Source: Utricularia gibba
Taxonomy: Eukaryota > Plantae > Magnoliophyta
Length of the DNA: 64,000 bases
Direction of reading: 5' to 3'
NCBI GenBank assembly: GCA_002189035.1
Contig: NEEC01000021.1
Span: 186,001 to 250,000, forward strand
Positions 49,615-62,188 of the stretch are shown piece after piece. The translations under genes were made by a program, and so were the position numbers. Positions within the stretch are counted from its first letter, which is position 1. Every line of letters starts with the position of its first letter. The notes under the pieces are model-generated. The model was not told the origin of the DNA and made no database searches. It worked only from the letters and a program-made list of their open reading frames with translations.

Positions 49615-50762
49615 CAGTAATTTACTTAAATGCCTGTGTCAGAAAATTTTCTTTTCAAAATATCTGTTGTTTTTTTGATTTCATCATAAAACCTGTGATT
49701 CAATTTTTTCTTTTAAAAATGCCTGTCATTTCGAAATTAATGTTTTAATACCCATTTTAATTTTTATTGAAATGTATACAATCATATATTAAGACACGTT
49801 AGTTTATTTAAAAGTTATTATTAATCAAAAAATTATTTTGATGGATTACTCTTAATGACAAAAAAATAATAACTAAAAAATAGAAAACAAAAATTATAAT
49901 ATAAAACATTAATAGAGTAATAGTTAAATGTTCATGAATTAATATACAAAAGTAAATTGTTGATCTTTTAAATTTATTTTTTAATTTCAATAAAAATTAC
50001 AAGTATAACAATGAATTTATGTTAAAAAAGATGAAAACAATATAATTCTTTTCATAATAACAAAATATTAATAGATAATTTTATAAAAACTTTTATTTTA
50101 ATAAAAGGGCTGAATTATTTGTCTAAAAGAATATTTAAATGGATGAATTTTGTTAATAAAGAAAAAATAATGATTAAAGAAATAAAAAATCTAAAATTTA
50201 GATGAATATTAAAAATTTATTAATGTAAATCTGATTACATTTTTAATTACCTAGAAACAACAAAACAAAAAAGTATGGCTTTTAAACTATTGTATTTTGA
50301 AAAAATAAAAGTTAATATATCGAAAAGTATTCATATGTAAAAACTCTTAATAAATCAAAATATTATCAAATTTAGTAAACAACTAATCTAATATATCATA
50401 AATTTTCAAATGTTAAAAAAATAAATATATAACTCGAAATTAGTACAAATTCGAATATTTTTTCAAATGTATTTTATCACTAAACAAAAATATATATATA
50501 AAATGTGTAATTACAATATTTAGTAAAATTTCTAAATTTTTATTGAATAAATATAAAAAGAAAGTGAAAATGGTTAAAATTTGTTTTCAATTTAAAAAAC
50601 TACATATATTTTTAATAATAACACATTTATGTAAAAAAATAATAAAAACACAGGTATTTTGACAAGAAAATATAAAACTACAGTTATTTGCGTAAGTATA
50701 AAAGAACCACAGATATTTTCACAAATTTTTTAATCTGACACATGCATTTTAACAAATTGGCC
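49615..50762. mobile_element. Non-autonomous Mutator-like element, 1148 bp, perfect 10-bp TSD
   Basis: TSD CTATGGAAAC at 49605-49614 and 50763-50772; inverted ends AATTT..T.AAATGC.TGTGTCAGA; very AT-rich interior. Confidence 0.88.
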
Positions 50763-50919
50763 CTATGGAAACATTTGAATTCTAAATATGGAAGGTGGGT
50801 ACACGTGGAGTGCTGTTAGTGGCTATGGGTTCTTGGAAAGTTTTCATTCTATAAATTACTCTGCTGTGAGACCCAAAGAGCAATTTGCTCGTTTTCTCTT
50901 TTGCTCAGCGGCTTTCTCC

Positions 50920-51222
50920 ATGGATTGCTACCTCGCCGACCCCTCACTGGGTTACTACTTCACAAACGCCGCTCCCTTCCCGTTCGCTTACGCTATTAGC
51001 TTTCCGGCGACGTACGCTCCCCCTGTTCATTTCCCTCATTACGGCGGCCTACTCGTATCGGTGTCGCCAGTGCATGTCTCTTCGATGGCGTGCTATCAGC
51101 TCCGGCCAGAGCACTACGGTGGAATGCGGCAAGAAGGCCATCATGGTAACAATGGATTCGTAACCGGGGATGCTCAAAGAATCGACGATGCGCTGATACT
51201 GGATGCTGCTGAAGAAAGCTAG
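50920..51222 (+). CDS. Possible orphan small protein (100 aa, Y/P/F/A-rich N-half); family not recognised
   Basis: GC-rich ORF MDCYLADPSLGYYF...DAAEES*, TATAAAT about 70 bp upstream and a pyrimidine-rich leader; no homology recognised. Confidence 0.4.
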   Translation: MDCYLADPSLGYYFTNAAPFPFAYAISFPATYAPPVHFPHYGGLLVSVSPVHVSSMACYQLRPEHYGGMRQEGHHGNNGFVTGDAQRIDDALILDAAEES

Positions 51223-51905
51223 ATGACTGATATGCCTTTGAATACCACCGTTGCTGCAGAGGACAAATAAGAAAAGTTCCTCGTTGTCTGTTTTTGTTTG
51301 TTTTTGTGAACGTCAAGTTGTCCAATGTGGTACACCTTTTCTTCCGTTGAAACAAGATCATGGCGTTTTACTAGAAGCCTTAAATTCCCGTTTGCTACAA
51401 TCTCACAGTTTCCCCTCTTCATGGTTCTGAGAGCGGTTTATGAGTGCCTGCTACTTGGAAATCTTGAACAAAAGTTGAAATCTCGAGAGCTGTAGGTTGT
51501 CATCGTTTTTTTCCTTTGTTCAAAGCTTTCATTACGGAGAATATTCTCCACAACATGACGTTAACCACGACACATTTTAATTGTGATCTCTCTCGTATCT
51601 AACGTCAGGCTGATCAATGGAACAACAAGGGAGGATGATCTTAAAATGAGAGATAGATACATGATGTGTTGATCCCCCTCCTTTTTTATGGCTTTCAGTA
51701 GTTTAACAGTAAGAAGTAACAAGACGCAGTGAAATTTTGGGAAGGGCCCTTTCCATTTCCAAGATCTACAGAAAATCATGTTGCAAAGTCTGATCTACAG
51801 AGGAATGAATCTGAAGTGTATGTTTCACTTGAACTAAAGGAGACTACTCATTCTGTTTTGGCGGGAGAGGGAATCTTGTCATCACTTGCTGCTGTAGCTC
51901 TAGCT

Positions 51906-53754
51906 TCATTGCACCTGTAGGAAGAGAGACTTTCCTCTGCCCATGGTGAAGCCTCTGGTTCCATCTGGCATTCTTGGCCCTTTCGCCATTTGCTTCGACG
52001 GTGATATCTCAACATTTGGGGCGGATGATCCGATTGGAAGGCTGTTTGTTCGCATCGGCTTCCCTCGGATTGGGAGCCAGCCACCCTTCTTCAATCCACG
52101 AGAACTTTCTTCCATCTAGCAAGATGAAACATTGAGAAATCAATGCTTTTTTTTCCCCTTATGTTTATTGGCTTGAAGGCATGCTCATTCACCTCCGTAG
52201 GATCTGTTGAGCTGCGGAGTAAGGCATGCTCGCGGAGTTGTTGATGTTCGGTGCTTTCATCTTCATCCATGTATCCTTCAAGGGCCTTCCTGTTCTTCAT
52301 CAAGTTCTTCGACTGCGTCCATGGAGATGGATCTGGCTTTCTAAGTGAAAGCAAAGGAGGGAAAAGAAATGCTTGTGTGCATCTTTTACTTACGCTACGC
52401 TTTAGCATGACTCGAACCCGCATTCCCCTTCGCCAGTTTTGTTCATCACTTAGCTGCTCAGCCTGAAGAGCAGAAGAATCATTCGAACGAGGGAGGCTCC
52501 AATCAATAGTTCAAGCAGAAGAATCATTCGAAAGAGCAGAGAAACATACGGCTTTTTCAGCAGATTCAGCCTTTTCATACTCCACCAAGGCATGGAGCTT
52601 CAGCCAAAGAACAGTTTATAAGCTTATGCAAGAAGAAGGAAACCAAGACATCAAGGAGTCTCCTGTTACCTTGTTACTGATTACTATGTCACTTCTGCAG
52701 GCACGAGACGTATTTTGTTCTTGCGGTTGGCAAATGCAGATCGATTTCACCCTGAACACACGGTATGAACAAACATGCCAAAAGATACAAAAATGAAGAA
52801 GCAAAAGCAAGGATGACTTCTACTTTCCAACCACACTGAACAGCTTCTCAATGTTGTCATGGGAGTGATCGTCAGGTAAATTTTCTCCAATAACTGTTCT
52901 CATCTGTATGAAAGTGTGCAATCACATGCTTCAGCTCACATGAGCAAATGCTTAAAAATGTTTGTGATTCAGAAACTCTCAAGACCCTGAGATCACCTGT
53001 AGCTCTTCCTTGTGTTTATCAGTGAAGGGTTGCCTACGCCTTACCTTCTTACCATCATTGCTCACCACCTATCAATACACACATTCAGTAGACGACCATT
53101 GAAATCTCAAATCTGTCTCAACAAAATGTGCATGAAACTAAAAGATGTACCAAATTTGAAGAAGCCATGAGAGCTCCAGCCACCATCTGATTACTCACGT
53201 TGAGGGACCTCAGTGTCTTCGCTGTGGTAACGAAATTAATGGGAACTGGAGAAAAGAATACCCCATGATTCGAATCAAGTGAAGAATTAACCAAAGGATT
53301 CTACTGTCTTACCGAAACCTTCAGGATCCTTTATGACGTGTTTGGAGAGGGATTCATTGGCCAACAAGCTCAGATCGCTGAACAAGTACTCTGCCTGATC
53401 ATATCAGATTGTTTGGACTAAGAACAGGAGAACCAAACATATCCGGACGTCTCTAATCCGAAGAAGAGCAGAAACCTGTTGGATGATCTTGGATTTGAGT
53501 TCCTCGTTTTCCTTGAGATGAAGATTTTGATGTGGGATGCTCATGGCCATCATGGGCGGGAAAATTCGCTCCTGATCGTAAAACCAATTCCCGCTGCAAT
53601 CATGGGGGTACTGAAAGCAGGGATATAAATATTCCGGCAATTGGAGACGGGCCTGGGCGTGGTGGCGCGGGATGAACTCCGGCGCTGAGGCGTTGAGTTT
53701 GACGGCATTCTCTGAGGATGACCTGTCGTCTCGTTTCCGAGTGGCCTGCGCCAT
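51906..53754 (-). CDS. LARP6C: La-related protein 6C (PAM2, La motif, RRM-L, LSA), about 378 aa
   Basis: Ten exons: 53754-53476, 53394-53313, 53245-53151, 53068-52997, 52903-52824, 52751-52670, 52597-52550, 52462-52394, 52312-52193, 52115-51906; KLNASAPEFIP, SLLANESLSKH..KDPEG, KGPRMPDGTRGFTMGRGK. Confidence 0.94.
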
Positions 53755-54127
53755 TGCACAAGTCCTTGAGGAAGAAGAGAAAGATGGCAGTTGCAGGATG
53801 GAGTTTGCTTCTTCTTTATTTTTTGTTTTGTGTTTTGCAGTGGTGAAGGAAGTTTACTCAACTGAACCAGATCGAATCTTGTGGGAGGGGATGCGTTTGG
53901 TGCGCTTCTACGTCCTCAATCCTCGCAAACACACACAAATTCTTTCAATTGTGGATGGATCCACAAACAAACTCCTTTTTCAATGGAACCGTAATTGCCT
54001 ACATCCACTTCAAACACAACAAAACCATTCCACTTGAGCATTTTTTAAATAAACAAATATCCGTTTTGCATCCAACAAAGTAGAGGAGAAGATGGGGATT
54101 GCAAAAACACAACAGAAGAGATATAAA

Positions 54128-54200
54128 TGGAGGTGCGGGGAATCGAACCCCGTGCCTCTCGCATGCGAAGCGAGCGCTCTACCATATGAGCTACACCCCC
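54128..54200 (-). tRNA. tRNA-Ala(CGC): tRNA-Ala (anticodon CGC), 73 nt
   Basis: GGGGGTGTAGCTCATATGGTAGAGCGCTCGCTTCGCATGCGAGAGGCACGGGGTTCGATTCCCCGCACCTCCA folds into a full cloverleaf with A and B boxes; T5 run downstream. Confidence 0.98.
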
Positions 54201-54477
54201 AAGTTAATGCATTTTTCCCATCATTAGATATCATTTTTATTAAATCGCTGATAAGATACTCGCCTGAATCATCAAACTGGAACACAACACAATAGATAAA
54301 GACAAGCTTATGTGCTCATGCTCAGTTAGATCCTCTGAACATCGTAGTCTCTCTTTAGTGGAGAAGTTTCTTGCTCCATATTAGTGTTGAACAGCTGATT
54401 TAAAACCAAAAAATAGTTCCCTGAAGGGTGCGGTGCAGGATGGGCAACAGCATCTGCAGGTGTTTATTACACAAACC

Positions 54478-56036
54478 TCATAAGTTGATCTGACGCAGGT
54501 AGGATGATCTCCGAGCCTCCACAAAATTCTTCACATCTGAGGCATCGCCTTGTAGGACAATGTTGCCTTCTTCCATGTAAACCGCACCATCTGCATGCTC
54601 TAATTCTTCCATGCGATGTGTGACCCATAGTGCCGTAGTAGTCCCCTGTGAACTCGCAAGACAGCTTTTAACCGCCTTTATAACACCTACCTGCGCACCA
54701 CCGCACCAATCTTCTTTTAATACAACCAACCAGACATTAGCAGAAAACTATGATATAGGAAAAAAAAGGTAAGCAGTTCAATTAGAGACCTGAAGATCCA
54801 TGGCTAATTGAAAGTGTTGAATATATAGGAGGGAGTTTGGTAAGTAGGGAAAAGATTGCCCCCAAATATGCACGTAAGGCAGAAGACTTGTTGAGAAAAC
54901 ATAACCTCATCATTTGATAAAGTACCCTTAATCTTTTTAGACTGCCATCTTTATTTCTAGGTACTGAAGTGGAAAGGAAGCCCACAGTTTTTCAATAGAA
55001 TTTCATTAGATCATTCTCATACAATGTAAAGATTACAGAAGCTACGACTAAGAGGGTGCCAAGTAAACCTGGTCAGTTTCATCTAGGAATGAGGTGAGTT
55101 CATCCAGTAACAGTACTTTGCATGCTTCTGCCAGAGCCCCAGCGATTGCGACCCTTTGCTTCTGCCCACCACTTAGAGTTTGAACCGGCCTCTAGAACAG
55201 GATTTCATAGGATGTTCAGGACTTATTAAAGATAAAAATGTAGTTTCTGCAAGAAATTCAGTTTAGGTTGGCATACATGCAAGTAGTCAAGCATACCCAC
55301 TGCATCTAGTGCTTCAGACACCCTCCATGTAATTTCATCATCTCTTAAATTGGACTTCCAAGGCCAAATGCCACATCTGCCTCCACTGTAGGCATAACAA
55401 CCTGAGGAGATTATGGAGGTGGTGTCATCCAAATGACTCATCAAGAAGTTACCATAAAATGCAGGAAACTGAATCCACCTGATGATCAGGATTTTGAAAT
55501 ACAAAACTCCGAGGCTTCTTCACTCGCAGATAGCCACCACTTGGTTTCAGCAAACCTCCAAAAATCTACAATATTCACTGAAAACATAATTCTGTCTGGC
55601 CAAAAGTGCACAGAAGAAATCTATCAATACCTAAATCCAAGAGTCAACTGAATAACCGAACAACAGAAAGAGCACAAGGATATTAGACTATTACAGCCAG
55701 TCATGGAAGTAGCAGCTATATTTCATGAAATCTCAGGCGTCAATCTACCAATCTACTCGTTCAGTGAAAGGATACCTTTAAGAGCGTCGTTTTTCCGCAG
55801 CCGTTGGGGCCAAGGAGCATCCACAACTGTCCTGAAGGGACGACGATCGAGCAGTCATTCAGAATCCGAAGAGCCTTTCCGTGCTTATCTTTGATTGCAT
55901 AACGGAGATTCCTGCACTCCAGAGCAACTCCATCGGAACCTATTGTAGAGGCGCCGTCATTTCCGACTGACGAGTGACACCACCACCGAGGAAGCCGCAC
56001 CGTCGATGAAGTGGAGAGTACGGCGGCGGAATGCAT
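54478..56036 (-). CDS. ABCI10: ABC transporter I family member 10 (plastid ECF-type ATPase); exon 3 has an apparent 1-bp deletion
   Basis: Exons 56036-55776, 55565-55479, 55401-55277, 55191-55069, 54690-54478; Walker [34 protein letters not shown]. Exon 3 is 125 nt between phase-0 junctions. Confidence 0.92.
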
Positions 56037-56242
56037 TCCGCGAGGGAGACCATCAAAAAAAAAAAAAAAAAAAAAAACAGCAAAGAAATCGTTGGCTGTT
56101 CCGCCCCACAAGAAACGGCAATAAGAAAATCGGGGAATTACTATTAATAATAGAAGAACATGACTAAAATCATTAATAAATTAATATAAAATATATATGA
56201 TATTAACTAAATTTTTATATGAAAGTAATCCTTAATTCTTGT

Positions 56243-56653
56243 AATACTTGGTTTAATTATTTTACATATATAATTTTATAAATTTGAAAATAATTATATT
56301 ATATGACTAGAAATCTTTAATTTAAGTGTACGTAATCTTTTTATTACATAATTTGATTTTCAAAAAGATATGCAATAAAGTAAGAGAGAGTAGGGCGTAC
56401 ATACATTCACTGCAATTTGATAAATTGGAAACTTATTTTTTAATTTTATATATACAATACTTGGTTTAATTATTTTACATATATAATTTTATAAATTTGA
56501 AAATAATTATATTATATGACTAGAAATCTTTAGTTCAAGTGTGCTCAATCTTTTTATTACATAATTTGATTTTCAAAAAGATGTGCAGCAGAGTAAGAGA
56601 GAGGAGAACGTGCATACTTTCACTACAATTTGAAAGATTGGAAACTTATTTTG
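56243..56653 (+). repeat. Tandem duplication, period 213 bp, upstream of ABCI10
   Basis: AATACTTGGTTTAATTATTTTACATATATAATTTTATAAATTTG... starts at 56243 and again at 56456; first ~70 bp identical. Confidence 0.93.
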
Positions 56654-58289
56654 TTGTTAAAAAATAATTGTAACTCTTTGATTATAATAAGAATAATTTT
56701 CAAACAACAATAAACTATATAAATGAATTAAGAATAAGTTACGATATTAAGATAAAGAGTGAGACAAGTTTTGGTTTTGATTAATATTGGAACGCTGTCT
56801 CGGCCACGAGCCATTTGATTCATATAAGAAAGGATAGAATGCCTTTCTTATGTTGGTTTCGTACTCATTTTTGTCATATTTCTTATTCACTACAACACAT
56901 ATGCATTAGTATACAATGATACGATTCGTCCAAATTTTGTATAATTTTCTGGATACTTGAGTTTTATGTTTTTTTCTAGTTTTTCAAGTAATGAATGAAG
57001 TTTTGCTATAAAATTATTATTCTATGAAATGTCTCTTATATTTTAATTTCACTTTTGGTTCAATTTATCTTCATTGCGTGGAAATCATTCAATCTATTTA
57101 CATTTTCGATATATTTATCATTATTTTTAGCCACCAAAATAAAATTTGTGAAATACATCATTTTCTATTTTCGATTTAAAAAATACATTTTTTACATACT
57201 AATTTTGTTTAAAAAATGTAATTAACGATAAAAAATGCTTAGATACTTAGATAGAACCATGTGTATGACTTAGTTATGGACAATTATTATTTCTATGGTA
57301 GATGACTGAAAATCAAACTATGTTTCTATTCCCATTTGATTAAATGATTTTGAAATTCTTCATTCACTCACATACTATCTTTACTCTCAATTCAGCTTTT
57401 TTGAAAGAAGTTCTTGTGCATAATCACTATGTTGAAGGTTTCCGTTGATGTATTCTTTGATAAAAATATCGTGGGAGATCAATACTTGAATTTCGTAATA
57501 TATGATTGTGAGACTATAAATCACTTCTGATGAAACTTACAGTTTTACTAGAACAATTTATCAAGATTTTATTACGTAAAATAAATATAATTTTAAATTT
57601 TCGTGTTGTTCGTATGAAATACAAGTTTTATGATGTCAACACTCACAACTTTAACTTCTTACCAACTTCGAATGAATTCAGAATATAGTATGCCTTGAAT
57701 CATTTCAACTCATAATATCATGTGAACTTATATATTTTAGATTATAGCATGAATCAGGATACTTCTTCGAGTTATGTCAATGACTACAATATTATTAGAA
57801 TTGATTTTGTATTAATTTTTCATGTAGTAAAACCACAAATATTGTATAACCTTAATATAAATATTAATTTTTTAATACATAATGGTGTACATATTTATTA
57901 TATAATTATGTAATATTTTATTAATACATACATTTCATTAGATTAATAGTCAAGCTATCACTATATTAGCATACGTCATGTTAATATAGTGATTAATTAT
58001 AGTTGGAAATTGGTTTGAATGAAAATAGTTGGAGTTAAAATAAAAAAAAATATTAATTTATTATATGAAGTTAGGTATTTTTAAGAATTTTACTTTACAT
58101 ATTTTCTTAATAATTTTTTATAAATAATATTCAATGACTCTACAATTAATTCTAGATCAATAATATTTCGATTCAAAATACTACCAAAATTTGTACAACT
58201 TACTCCCATCGCCTTACACACAACAAGATTTTGACTTGTTTCAATTTTAATAGCCACTGGACCGTACAACGTATATCATTCACACTCAC

Positions 58290-61100
58290 ATGCTTCCGGT
58301 GATTATGATGTGCATGTGCAATCGTTTGAATCTCATTATAAAGGCATTACCTCGGCCTATGACCCATGGAGCCTCTTTCATGAGGAATTTCTGGAATAAG
58401 ATAACAACGATGATTCGGATTATATTGCAAATACTACTGGGAGTGACTCCAATGATAAATTCAACCCGATATCAGAGAAAGTGGCTATGGCAGCAGCCGT
58501 GTTGCACAATAGAGACATAGATGTTGCGCTCTGTATTGGGGAAGATGACAATGATGTAATCCTTGATGACTTGGAAGAAGGTACTTCCACAGATTATTAC
58601 GATCGAATCTCATAGATAGATACACAACAGGCAGAGGAGATGCATCTACATGAAAGTATACATTTTAATAATAGATAAAGTATTATAGATGCAGTGGTGA
58701 GATATCATATCTAAATGGCATAGAATCAGACACGGATCAGGCCCACATAGATACAGATCCACCTGACTCGATTTATGGTCAACAAGTCATCATAGGTTGA
58801 ACCCTAATAGGTTGACCCTTAATTCAACCCGGATACGGATCAATCTGGGTATATATTAATTTATATAATAAATATAAATCAAACCTTTGACTGTTATGTT
58901 TCAAAAATAAAAATATTATCAATTAAACAATAGATGTCATTTGTACTCAATCCATATCGTTATTGATAATTTTAATACTTTTACATATTAGTCAAAACAA
59001 AATAAAACAAACCAATTAATTTAAAATTATAGTTTTATGACTTATTTCATAGGACTTATTTAATACTTTTATTTTGAATTTTGTATTTTTTTAACAAAAC
59101 ATTATTCAGTTATTAAAAAATTGAAAATGACACACATATTAGAAGATTTCCTAGGACTTTCATAAAAAATAATATAGAATAATTTTATATTAATATCACT
59201 TATATAATTTTTAATTTGATAGGAGCCCAACACATGAATGTGATTTATACATAACTAACTCATGTCCATGTGTTGAACTCCTACTAAATTATTTATTTTG
59301 TAGGTATCGTTAATATAAAATAATTTTATATTATTTTTTTGTGAAATTATCCTACGAAATTCAATTTCAAATATTTGAAAATTTCAAACAATTATTTATA
59401 TATATCCAAGTATAAAAATAGTTATTTATATTATATTTGACTATATTAATAATTTCAAATAAATGTATATTTTTTTGACCTATTTGTCATTGTTGATATA
59501 TTTGTCATAATTTTCATATTACTTTCAACCTAATAGATGAAATGAATGATTGTAGAAAAAATTACTATAAAATCCCATGTGAAGAACAAAAACCTTAGAT
59601 CTATTGAAAAAAATTGCAAAGTAAACTAAATGTATGGTAAATATAAAGTGTTATAACACGTTTAGTATGGAGATAAAAGAAAAGTATTGCGTGAATAGAG
59701 TGAAATTGGAGAACAAAGTGAGGAATAAAAAAAATTAGGGTTTTAACCCCTTGATCCGGTGGATCGACTCATACCCGTCAAACTATGAGGCGACTCGTAC
59801 CCATTATACATAAGTACGAGTCGCAAGATGGGTCATCGATGGGTCAACCCACTGGGTTAGCGAGTTGACCCAAAACCATACCCGCCTCTATGGTGGCATA
59901 ACAAGAGTTCAACGTGTATAAGAGTAACAAAGAATTATTATGTTTTTTATTGACAAATAGCAAATATCAGTCGTAATTTTCCATTTGATTTGCACAAGGG
60001 CCTAGCCAAAAGACGAACACTTGGAGAATTACAATACTGGTGGAGCCACATATCTGCAATGTGACTGATTTACTAGGAGCCGATCATCACGCTAACCTAT
60101 CAATTAGATTCATCGCCCCTTGGTTGAAACCATACTTGAAAGTCATGTTGACCATCAAAGGGGTGTAGTCAATTATCAGAGACAAAGTGGAGATACGAGG
60201 TTAGCAAGTGGTATCTAGAAGATGTTTGTCATAAAAACTCAGAAATTATGATCGACTGAGGTGATGATGCACACGCTAGTCAAGGTCCATGTTTTCTGAG
60301 AAGGATTTTTTAGGCATTCGACTTTGAGATAAAACTTTTGTGTTGTGTGTCAAAGTCACACACTTTAGGATTTCTTGTGTTGTGTATCGATGCCACACAC
60401 TTGTATGGTTGCTGTGACTACAAACTACTTGTTGTGATTGCTGTTGACAGGAGCAACAAGATTTGTCATGTCACTTACACCTTTGTAAGAAGCGAAGGCG
60501 AGGAGGATTAGATGTGGTTTTCAAGGTTGTTGAAAATACATATCGTCCAAAATAGAGAAGGAGTGTGTATCGTAAGTGATCGTGTTGCGATCATATTAAC
60601 AACATACATGAATTACTTGGAATAGTTTTCTCATTATGACATGAGATAACGTTTGATCCTCCATACTATCAAACTTTTATAATATCCAAGAAAATTCTAG
60701 GATACCTTCAAGAAAGTAAGAGAATATTTTGAGAAATACTGAGCAACAACAATAAGGAGATATAGAGAGGGCATATCTTTTAGGAGGGTGGTGGAGGAAG
60801 CATATCGAGGAGAAGCGAGAGTGTTGCAATTCCTTCAATGCATTGTGTATAATGCTCATAACTAGGTGCCAAATATCGTAGAGGAGACCTCACACTCATC
60901 TCAATCTCAAAGAGAGCACGTTATGCACGGAGAGTATGCCTACAAGATTTGGAACATAGACCATTATCCTTATAGTTATGCATAGATGGTAAAAATAAAA
61001 TATCCATTATATTGTTTTTCCTATGATTTAAATGCATGTATTATGTACAGACACTTCATAAATTTCGTATCAATCCAAGAACTTGGATCTCGATATACTA
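58290..61100 (+). pseudogene. Mutator transposase pseudogene interrupted by an hAT MITE
   Basis: IIDAVVRYHI / QEFNVYKSN flank the insertion; CIDATHLYG..KLLVVIAVDRSNKI, EGVCIVSDR motifs at ~60380-60590. Confidence 0.8.
58721..59890. mobile_element. hAT-derived non-autonomous element
   Basis: Ends TAGAATCAGACACGG / CATACCCGCCTCTA, GC-rich ACCC/GGGT subterminal motifs, partial 8-bp TSD AAATGGCA/TGGTGGCA. Confidence 0.7.
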
Positions 61101-62188
61101 CCTTACAACCAAACATGTTAATATGTATTAAGATAGCATTAATCCAATAAAAAATGAGAGTGAATAGATACCTATACCCTTCTAGCGCCTAGTTGACTTG
61201 ACACGTAAACGAGTCACTATCGGCCAAACACAATCAACGAGGCACAAGGGGCCGTCAAATTTTCAGCATTGAGCATCGAGACATGAAGCCCCATCTGGCA
61301 TTACCCGCAGCTAGTCAATGCAATAACATGGACAGATAGATTCACAAAACAACACACCAAGGCATTCAAGAAGACAATAGATGCAAGTTAGGGATCGAGC
61401 CTAATTGATTTGAATACTCCTCCTTCTCCAAGTTAGGACTATGCATGTGCCCTTGTTCAAATAATTTTCGGCATATCCAATCACTTCTTATAGTGGGGTG
61501 CCACATTCTAGGATAAGAATGGCATTAATACAAACATTGACATCTAGAGGAACAAGGGTTTCATGAAACTTATCAAGAATAAAATAATCAATGTATTTAA
61601 GAAGAATTAGATGTTTCAATACCATCTAAAATATAATTTGATACTCCATTCAATTTTTAAAACATTGATTTTGAGTTAAATGGACAATTCACTTCCAATC
61701 GATACAAAAACACTACTTTATATTGACCTAAAATAAAACAAAAATTAAAAAAAAACAGAAATACATGAAAATGTATTTTTCCAATTTTTCTCTAAAAAAT
61801 ATATTTTATAAACCAAAAATATAAAATGATATATTTCACCAACTCGACCCTTAAAACTCTATTTAAGTTACCCTTGCAAGCTTTACAAAGTTAAGAAACT
61901 TATATCTGACCCTCCTCGTGTTTGATTTGTGTACCACAAACAAGAAAATATGATGGTGAGGTAATTTTCAAACCGCAACCGAACATGGGCCAGCCAGTAT
62001 AGGTATAGCACCACCACACGTCATAACGGAATACCTATTTCCATCAAGACATCTGTCTCTGTGTGTCTGATACAACGGCCGTGATACTTTCACTCAGTCA
62101 AAAAAATGGCTTGGCCAATCATAATGGATTTGCAACCTGGTTGAGGCTCAATTCCATAAAAGAATAGATAGATACTGTACTCTACGCC

